Positions 1 to 7,600 of a stretch of 20,000 nt of DNA are shown here, piece by piece. A program made the position numbers and the translations under genes. Origin of the DNA: an uncultured virus (IMG/VR IMGVR_UViG_3300032007_002222) (Duplodnaviria > Heunggongvirae > Uroviricota > Caudoviricetes); IMG/VR virus record IMGVR_UViG_3300032007_002222. One strand, written 5' to 3'. The first letter of the stretch is position 1. Each line of letters opens with the position of its first letter. The notes below the pieces were generated by a model. It was given only the letters and a program-made list of their open reading frames with translations, ran no database searches and was not told the origin of the DNA.

Positions 1-150
1 GACATATTGATCAATTATTGGTGATGCTATACCAGAGATACCTGTAAATTCTGTACTAATTTTGTAGAGAACTTCGTTTGCTTTCGTAAGTTTATCATCA
101 TAATTTTTTAGGAATTCAATATACTGTTTGAACTTTTTCTTTGATACCAT
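1..150 (-). CDS. Hypothetical protein, 3' end runs off the window (MVSKKKFKQYIEFLKNYDDKLTKANEVLYKISTEFTGISGIASPIIDQYV...)
   Basis: Manual translation, not in the ORF track. ATG at 150 preceded by AGGAGG (GTAGGAGGCCGTAATG), frame open to base 1, consensus promoter directly upstream. Confidence 0.8.
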   Translation of the reverse strand, partial: MVSKKKFKQYIEFLKNYDDKLTKANEVLYKISTEFTGISGIASPIIDQYV

Positions 151-177
151 TACGGCCTCCTACAGCAATTTTAACGT

Positions 178-206
178 ATTATACAATATTAGAAAATAAA
201 TGTCAA
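178..206 (-). promoter_or_regulatory. Consensus sigma70/sigmaA promoter
   Basis: Minus strand reads TTGACA (206-201), 17-nt spacer, TATAAT (183-178), upstream of the ORF starting at 150. Confidence 0.85.
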
Positions 207-207
207 T

Positions 208-244
208 AAAAAAAATCCATAGGTACAAATTGTACCTATGGATT
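208..244 (-). terminator. Rho-independent terminator after the cold-shock gene
   Basis: Inverted repeat AATCCATAGGTACAA (214-228) / TTGTACCTATGGATT (230-244). The A8 run at 208-215 gives a U tract on the minus strand. Lies 26 nt after the csp stop. Confidence 0.9.
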
Positions 245-270
245 AAAGCAAACAAATACTATGGAGAAAA

Positions 271-471
271 TTATATTTTATTTACTTTCACAGCTTTATT
301 TCCTTTTTCTGTTGCTTCTACATCAAAGCTTACTGAGTCGCCTTCATGTAAGGTTTTATGACCTTCCATTTGAATTTCAGAGAAGTGTAAGAAATAATCA
401 TTCTTATCATCTCCTGTAATAAATCCATACCCTTTTTGGTCATTAAACCATTTTACTTTTCCTTGATACAT
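271..471 (-). CDS. csp: Cold-shock domain protein (CspA family), 66 aa; true start ATG 471 (MYQGKVKWFNDQKGYGFI...)
   Basis: GKVKWFN, RNP-1 KGYGFI, RNP-2 YFLHFS and a typical CSD C-terminus. AAGGAG RBS upstream of 471. The track start (TTG 540) is the -35 box of a promoter. Confidence 0.95.
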   Translation of the reverse strand: MYQGKVKWFNDQKGYGFITGDDKNDYFLHFSEIQMEGHKTLHEGDSVSFDVEATEKGNKAVKVNKI

Positions 472-511
472 TTTTGTTTCTGTCTCCTTTTCTAAATTTA
501 ACAACATCGTT

Positions 512-540
512 ATTATAACATTTTTATTTTTCTTTGTCAA
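512..540 (-). promoter_or_regulatory. Consensus sigma70 promoter with extended -10, driving csp
   Basis: TTGACA (540-535), 17-nt spacer ending TGT, TATAAT (517-512). Overlaps the 3' end of the HicB-like gene. Confidence 0.85.
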
Positions 541-715
541 TAATATTCCAAGAAAAATCTATAAAGCAATTATTATCTTTACTATAAAGAACTAGAGCTT
601 GTACGAAATGTATCTTAACTTCAGTAATTGTTTTACCTACAGCAGTAATATTTAGCTCTGTACATTTTGCAATATATTTATTATCTTTATAAAAGATGTC
701 GACTATATACTTCAT
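524..715 (-). CDS. HicB-like antitoxin N-terminal-domain protein (63 aa, no DNA-binding domain)
   Basis: MKYIVDIFYKDNKYIAKCTELNITAVGKTITEVKIHFVQALVLY matches the HicB pattern YxAxCPEL..xxGxTxxEAxxxxxEAxxLY. AGGAG RBS. Confidence 0.6.
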   Translation of the reverse strand: MKYIVDIFYKDNKYIAKCTELNITAVGKTITEVKIHFVQALVLYSKDNNCFIDFSWNIIDKEK

Positions 716-723
716 ATAATCTC

Positions 724-981
724 CTAATCTTTTTCTTTCTCTAATCTTTTCTTTAAGATTTCTTTTGCTTTATTTACTTCTACTTTATTAGATAAATTTT
801 CACCAGCTCTATTAATATAGAAAGTAATCTTTTGGATTGCTTTACCTATATTACCTTTTGTTTGCTGAAGTAATACTCTAACAATCGTAGACGCTGGTTT
901 TGTAAATAAATCCTTTGGAGTAGAATGTTTTGGTTCTACATCAGATAATTGTTTTTCTTTTGCAGTTAACCACCTGGACAT
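724..981 (-). CDS. DUF3175-like protein
   Basis: LFT...I...L...AIxxITFYINRAGxNL...KAKxxL resembles the DUF3175 FYINRAG signature. TAATG overlap with the upstream gene. Confidence 0.65.
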   Translation of the reverse strand: MSRWLTAKEKQLSDVEPKHSTPKDLFTKPASTIVRVLLQQTKGNIGKAIQKITFYINRAGENLSNKVEVNKAKEILKKRLEKEKD

Positions 982-1211
982 TATTCTTTATCTCCCAATT
1001 TTTCTTTTATTATTTTGCTTTGTAATTCTTTGATATAAGGTCTAATCATTCCACCGAAATAATAAAATACTATAATTATTACGGCTACCCCTATATAAAT
1101 ATTTCCGTACAACAATCCTGATGCTACAAAACAAATAAAGAAACCTAATACCAATACCAACGCCAACTCAATTGCTTTAACTAAATTTGACCAAAATGCT
1201 TTTTTAATCAT
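981..1211 (-). CDS. Small membrane protein, two predicted TM helices and a basic C-terminal tail
   Basis: Hydrophobic segments LALVLVLGFFICFVASGLLY and IYIGVAVIIIVFYYFGGMI, Lys-rich tail, AGGGGG RBS. Confidence 0.8.
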   Translation of the reverse strand: MIKKAFWSNLVKAIELALVLVLGFFICFVASGLLYGNIYIGVAVIIIVFYYFGGMIRPYIKELQSKIIKEKLGDKE

Positions 1212-1248
1212 CTTTACTTCCCCCTAAATATTTTTTAAACAACAATAT

Positions 1249-1278
1249 ATTTTAACATATAAATTATCTATTTGTCAA
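1249..1278 (-). promoter_or_regulatory. sigma70-type promoter for the small-gene operon
   Basis: TTGACA (1278-1273) immediately after the stop of the 338-aa gene, 18-nt spacer ending TGT, TAAAAT (1254-1249). Confidence 0.7.
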
Positions 1279-2295
1279 TTATTTACAAGGAACTTCAAAT
1301 ACCGGGATTATTCCACGGTTATCAGTTCTACCGGTTGATGATACAGAACCATTCGAATTTACCTGCCAACAATAGGAATCATCTCTTTGCTGACAACTAT
1401 ATGCTGCAGAAGAAGTGAAGTTCCAATTACTTAAATTATATGAAGTACTTCCACCCTGTATAACCGGATCTAAAGAATCTAAATTCACTCTATTATCATA
1501 AATAGCTTTTAGCTCTGTTAGATTTGGTATCAATGCATTTAATATTATACCATTAGCTAAAATATATGTACCTAATTCTCTGCAGTATGAAAATCCAGCT
1601 TTACTTGTCCAAGTATATCCACTATTATCTAATATTTTTTGATTACACCACGTTGCAGATTCTTGACCTTCAAATTGATTATAATACCAAGTATTTGATG
1701 AGGTTCCAGATCCAGAACTAGTACCGGTATATCTCGGATAATAATCAAAAACATCACCAGAATTTGACAATTGTTTATTAGATCTATAGTTAGAGTCTAA
1801 TACAAAACATGCGTACTTTGTATAAACTGTATACACTACTTGAATTGTATCTCCAGAAGATACTGTTGAAGTTGCTGTATTAAAAAATATACCATATGTA
1901 TCTAACGTTATTGAATTAGAATTATAATTCCAATTAGTTCCGTCATACGTAAAAGTATATGTTCCTTCTGTAGAAATTTGAGATTCAAATACACTCTTTT
2001 TAATACCTAAATTTTTTAAACCAGTTCCTACTGTCTGACTAATAACTGCAGTAGATATAGGTTTATTATCATAAGCACCACCCGGTTTATAATAACAAAC
2101 AAAAGATGCCATATTTAATATACGGTCACCTATACTATAAACATTAGTAGAACTTTCTGTAGATACTAAATTAACATCAATAGTTTTATTAGAATCTACA
2201 AATACTGTACCTGTAACTGGTTTATATCCAGTTTTCGTTACTTGATAATTTAAAAATTTACCTGTTGTTACATTTACTGTTTTTGTCGTTGCCAT
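1279..2295 (-). CDS. Putative receptor-binding protein: partial PEGA-like N-terminus and C-terminal C-type lectin-like (DUF1566/Lcl-like) domain
   Basis: C-terminus IPNLTEL...AYSCQQRDDSYCWQVNSNGSVSSTGRTDNRGIIPVFE fits the LPxxxEL..WSS..AWxV..GxV....VxPV CLec pattern. N-terminal YQVTKTGYKPVTGTV is PEGA-like. Confidence 0.7.
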   Translation of the reverse strand: MATTKTVNVTTGKFLNYQVTKTGYKPVTGTVFVDSNKTIDVNLVSTESSTNVYSIGDRILNMASFVCYYKPGGAYDNKPISTAVISQTVGTGLKNLGIKKSVFESQISTEGTYTFTYDGTNWNYNSNSITLDTYGIFFNTATSTVSSGDTIQVVYTVYTKYACFVLDSNYRSNKQLSNSGDVFDYYPRYTGTSSGSGTSSNTWYYNQFEGQESATWCNQKILDNSGYTWTSKAGFSYCRELGTYILANGIILNALIPNLTELKAIYDNRVNLDSLDPVIQGGSTSYNLSNWNFTSSAAYSCQQRDDSYCWQVNSNGSVSSTGRTDNRGIIPVFEVPCK

Positions 2296-2310
2296 TTTTT
2301 ATATCCTCCA

Positions 2311-4689
2311 TTATGCTGTATAACCGCTTATATAAATTTTACATATTTGTAATGATGCACTACTATTCGGTTTACATTTTAATCTAAAGTATTTATAAGC
2401 GTCTAAGTTGGATTCTAAATTTATTTCCCAACCAGACTTTGCAGCTGTATTAGTATTTCTCCCGGATATTATATCCGTCCAAGATGAGTAGTCATTACTA
2501 CCCTGTAATGTATAATCTGAAACAGTATAATCACTTTGTGCATTGTAGATTGTAAGTTTATCTATAAGAAGTTCTGTAGGATTATACCATTCAATATAGT
2601 AATAGTTACTGGTACTGACGCCATTAATTTGCCACCTCTCAGATTCACCGTTAGAAACACCATCCCATTCTTTGAAACATCTCCAAGCAACTGTTGTTGA
2701 GGAATATGCTGCGCTTTGATTACAAGCAAAAGCATCCCCACCCATCGAACCGTTTGCGCTTAATATAGGTTGTACAAAAGGTTCTGTATAAGGATATTCT
2801 TCAAGAGCTACACTTAAAGTAGTATTAGAAGATGTTAGTGTGTAAGTACCATTTTGTGGTAAGTAACGTTTTTTACTAACTTTATAATTAACTAGCGTAC
2901 CTTCTATTGCAGTTAATGTATTGGAGCCATCTGTTTGTTGATAATCCTCAGCCCATAATTCTACAGTTGCATCTGCCGGAGTAGGTTCTATTGCAAGTGT
3001 AATTCCGGTACTTAAAGTAATATTTTTAGTTGTGGCTGTATCAATTGTTAGATAATCTGATTTAGATATATAACCAACTTTATTTGCTTTATAATAAATT
3101 ACGTTATTTCCTAATATGCAATTATTTAAATCAAACATGCCTCTAAAATACCTATTGGAATCATCTACTGATGTGCACATTCCCATCACAAATCCTTCTG
3201 CAAATATATTATTTTTATCATCGAAAGAAGTTTCTAATGTCCACTTATCACTAGTGAATGGAGGTAATTGTGTATAAGAAGTATATATACCATTATCTTT
3301 CATTGAATATAGTTTATATGTTTTACCATTCCAAGTATATCCTACCCAATACCAATTATTAGTGGTAAATACAGATTTACTGTAATGATGTGAGCCATTA
3401 TAAAAATCTAATCCATCATCTGATTTAATAACTATACATTTATCTCTGGAAGTATTAGATAATATATCTTGGTATGCATTAGCATGTATAAAATATGTTC
3501 TTATAATACCTGTATGCTGGCTACCATTATTATTAATTGGTATAGGATTTAACCTTAAATATTGTGATCTACTGAAATTACACGCAATATGTGGTTTATC
3601 AACATACATAAGATTTCCAACTATTATATAGTCGGTAGTATCTACTGCTGTAGATCCATCAAACCATAAAACTGAATCTAAATAAATTTTTATAGATTTA
3701 AGGGATATGGTTCCGTTAAATGGATAGTTCCCAGAACGATCTAAACCAAACTTTAAGTAATTATTAAATCCTGTATACATAACACCCGATTTAGAATAAT
3801 CTAATACATAGTTTAAATTATCTGTAGATATATATGTTTCAAATAGTTGATTTGTAGAATCATATATAAATTTAATATAGTATTTTGTTTCAGGCATTAT
3901 GACCTGAGTACCTTTAGCGTTATTTGCTAAGTTCCACGAACTTCCGTTTCCAGATAACCAATATGATAATTTATCCTGATAAACTGCTACATCGAAAAAT
4001 GTGGTAGAGTTACCTGCAATTAAAGAAGTTTCTGCACTAATATTACTTCCTGTACAAAAACTAAAATCTATTTCCCAACTACCACTTCCAGGAGTAAAAT
4101 TATTTGTTGTTCTAAAATATCTTGAATTTGTGCCAGCAAAGTTCGCCCAGCCTTCATCTTGAGAAACAACACAATTAACGGCTATATAACCTGACGTTCC
4201 TGCAGTTTGTAAATCAAACCAAGTATTGCTGTCAAGAAATACTTTACAATCATAAATATCCCCCTTCCAATATTCAGAAGTAGAACTGTCATTATATCCT
4301 AACTTTGCCCTGTAACTTGTTAGAAAATTCGTCGTAGTTTTACATTGATAAGTCCAATTTTCTAAAGAAGGTAAAGTATTTAATGTATAATTATTATCTA
4401 GCAATGTATAATAATTAAAATTTATTCCATCACTATAATCTAAACAAAACCAATAATCTTTATTTGCTTGTATGCTTGAAGAACCTTGCACCCAGTTACT
4501 AATATACATTGACGGATAACTATTACTTCTAACACCAAACCATCCTTTATTACTCTGAAATAAAACATTGTGTGAACCGAAGTTAGTACTATTTGCTTTC
4601 ATAATTATTTTTAACGTATTAAACTGTGGAAAATAATTACCTATTTGTATATAGTTATTTGTTGAAAATCCGCTAAACACCTTGCTCAT
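2311..4689 (-). CDS. Putative tail adhesin: three LamG/ConA-like repeats, PEGA-like domain, C-terminal F5/8 type C (discoidin) domain
   Basis: Repeats FSxxNY..W..F..TG..LSGNGSSWN..Y..F.YD..FNGxI..WFDG; PTPADATV..YKVSKKRY; AWRCF..EWYNP..YTLQGSNDYSSWTDI..YKYFRL..QICKIYISG. GGAGG RBS and TAATG coupling. Confidence 0.75.
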   Translation of the reverse strand: MSKVFSGFSTNNYIQIGNYFPQFNTLKIIMKANSTNFGSHNVLFQSNKGWFGVRSNSYPSMYISNWVQGSSSIQANKDYWFCLDYSDGINFNYYTLLDNNYTLNTLPSLENWTYQCKTTTNFLTSYRAKLGYNDSSTSEYWKGDIYDCKVFLDSNTWFDLQTAGTSGYIAVNCVVSQDEGWANFAGTNSRYFRTTNNFTPGSGSWEIDFSFCTGSNISAETSLIAGNSTTFFDVAVYQDKLSYWLSGNGSSWNLANNAKGTQVIMPETKYYIKFIYDSTNQLFETYISTDNLNYVLDYSKSGVMYTGFNNYLKFGLDRSGNYPFNGTISLKSIKIYLDSVLWFDGSTAVDTTDYIIVGNLMYVDKPHIACNFSRSQYLRLNPIPINNNGSQHTGIIRTYFIHANAYQDILSNTSRDKCIVIKSDDGLDFYNGSHHYSKSVFTTNNWYWVGYTWNGKTYKLYSMKDNGIYTSYTQLPPFTSDKWTLETSFDDKNNIFAEGFVMGMCTSVDDSNRYFRGMFDLNNCILGNNVIYYKANKVGYISKSDYLTIDTATTKNITLSTGITLAIEPTPADATVELWAEDYQQTDGSNTLTAIEGTLVNYKVSKKRYLPQNGTYTLTSSNTTLSVALEEYPYTEPFVQPILSANGSMGGDAFACNQSAAYSSTTVAWRCFKEWDGVSNGESERWQINGVSTSNYYYIEWYNPTELLIDKLTIYNAQSDYTVSDYTLQGSNDYSSWTDIISGRNTNTAAKSGWEINLESNLDAYKYFRLKCKPNSSASLQICKIYISGYTA

Positions 4690-7600
4690 TATTCTTCCTC
4701 CGTTATAGTTATACCTCTGAAAAGCGTTTCTGCAACTTTAACATCATTACCAGATAATGTAACGCCACCTTTCTTTGTGGTAATAGTATTATTTACTGGC
4801 TCATACCCCAATGAGCGTATTGTATATGTTACATCCGCAACATCTGAATTTAAAGTAAGAGTGACTAAATTATCTAATTTATATGAAACTGTAAATGTGC
4901 TATTATTTATATTCTCTATAGGGATTGTATATGTGTCTATTATAGTCGCATAATTTTCTTTTGAAATTTCATATGTAATTGTTTGTCCGCTATAACAATA
5001 TACTTGTCCATCTATAGTTGTATAAGTCTTATCACCAATTATATATTTTATAGTGCAACCAGTCAAGTCCGTATTAACTTTAAATACGTGTACTGGCATA
5101 TTCACATTGTCATTATTAAGGTATACGCAAGAACGTTCATCAAATAAAACTCCATTTTCTCTTATAATATAACCATAGAAAGATGGACCATAAGTTTCGA
5201 AATTCGTTTGTGGTATATCTATATCAAGTACAGGATTACTATCATTTATTATATATTTTTGATTATTTACATAAAATTCTATTTCCTGATTTGGTATAGA
5301 TTCAACATGTATGTGTCTATATCCATTTACTAATTTAATACTTCTACTATCACTTTTATAGGTATTTAATTTAATACCTGCATCATCAACATTTCCATTA
5401 GAATCAATAATATTAAATGTAATATTTTTTGTTGGCAATTCATAAATCGTATCGATTTCAGCATCTACAGGAGAATTATTTAATTTTGAATTAATTGTAA
5501 GTGAGTTTGTAGTATAATAATTTGGTGTAACAGATGCTTGATTATCTTCAATTTCCGTTACTTTTGCTTTACAGGCTAAATCACCATTGAAGTCATCTAT
5601 AATATTGCTTATCATATAATCATTACTGTCTAAACCATACCCTCTTGTTACTAACACATCTTCGTTTACTGACGGTGTATGTATTGCTTCCCAATACAGT
5701 TCATCATTAATGTAACATTTTGTTTGACTTAAGTCTATGTGTCCAAGTGAATAATTGTTTGCAAGATTCATTGGTGTATTTAAAAATGCAAACGGTTCTA
5801 CTGTATCCGGATTTTTACATTCAACATAGTTCGGATTTTCTACTAATTCCCCATCTACAATATTATATTTCTTAGCTGTTCTAGAAGCCTCATACATTAA
5901 TGCATAATCTGATGAATAAGTAAATGGGAACCCATCTATAATAATTTGTCTTATATTGGTAGTTGTAACCGGTTCTTTAGTTACAACAGTATTATAATAT
6001 ACTTTTATAATATCATTTTCCTCAGGTGTTCCAGTTATATTTAAATAGTTTGCTATATTTACAACCTGTCTGTTCAATAGCCAGAATCCACCTCTATATA
6101 AAAATTCTGCTATACCTTGACTACTATCTCCATATAAACTTTGTTTAAAAAAGTTATCTGCCAAAGTTACTTGTAATTGCGTATTATTCTCTATAAAATA
6201 TTCTTTTTCAATAACATCATAGTCGTTATATCTTTCAGTAATAGATAATCCAAACCAATTATACTTCTTTTCTGTATTAATAAAATATGTTTCACTTAAA
6301 TTTTTTTGTTGACCCCTATCAGTGATTGTATATAGTGTGTCCCAATTGAAACCGTCAGTAGAGCCTCCAATAATACCACTCTTCATATTATTTAGTGTAT
6401 CATCATTAATGATGGTAACTGACGTTGGTCGTACTGCGTATGGTCTATAAAAATATTTTATAACAGCTCTTTGATTTGAAGGCGCCCATATAGCAGAATT
6501 TGAATTGAAAGCATGCCATGCATTAGAACCATCATAGTCTGCAGTGCATACTACATCACTATCTGTTCCACCATTTCCAACAGCTTCTATATTAGTTGTT
6601 ACATTTCTATCACTTTTTTTATAATATACTTGAAAAACGCTACTTGTTCCTCCCCCATCGTTTTCTGTCCAAGCATTATCACTAATTGTTTGCATAATTT
6701 TAAATCTATACTCATAACCGCTCTCTGTGGCTACGGACCCTAAAGCTTGATCTGCTAAGTAATAAGTATTATTTGATGTACTAAAATCAATTCTAAATCT
6801 ATTATCTCGACAATAAAATTTAATACCACCTTTGTGAAAATTCTCCGCTGAACTACCGAATATTAAAGGCATATTACTACCACCTAAATATCTATAACCT
6901 GTTTGTATTTCCCATTTACGTGCTGTACTAAGAGGTAATACTTTATCACATAATAAATATGGGTAGTAATTTAAATTCGGTGTAGTATATTTTGCAGAAG
7001 CAATATAATCATCGTTGCCATCTAATGTAATAACTGTTCCTCTATTGTTGATATTCATTAGGTTTAGTGATCCGGTTAACGTTGGCTCTGAAATAGCATT
7101 TAATGTTATATTTAATGTAGAGTCGCTTGAAACTGACTTTATTTCATTCTCTACTTTTTCATAACCATCTGCTGTAATTACATATTTTAAATATGAATTT
7201 GCATAAACTTGAATCCAATTATCCCCTTTAGCATATAAATTATTGTAAGTATAATCTATAGTTGCAGTTGCTGGTGTTACATTAAATGTATACTTATATA
7301 CTTTACTCAAAATTGCAGTAATTGTTTTTTCTGAGGTTACGAATGGATTATCCATAACTACATAACTATCTCTAAAAGTTGCATAACCTTCTTTTTCAAT
7401 AGTATAAGCAAGAGAATCATTTTGGTAAACATCTATAGTAAGTTCATTAGTATTTGTAACTTCCCAATTACAACTTCCATTTATAACTAATGAAATTTTG
7501 TCAGCAACTAAATTTCCAGAACTAATAGTAATCGACATCTTCTTTAAATATAAATCTCTATCTATATTAACTGTCTTCACATAAGAATCTATAGTAGATC

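Noticed and set aside
472..540. N-terminal extension of Csp in the ORF track
   Set aside because: The TTG is part of the TTGACA -35 box. The cold-shock domain and RBS support ATG 471.
4680..4700. Sequencing error or pseudogene break between the 2186-aa and 792-aa ORFs
   Set aside because: The junction has GGAGG, a TAATG overlap and an acidic terminal tail, like other genuine junctions in this cluster.
6513..6743. Plus-strand 76-aa ORF
   Set aside because: Antisense shadow entirely inside the 2186-aa gene, with no RBS and no recognisable motif.
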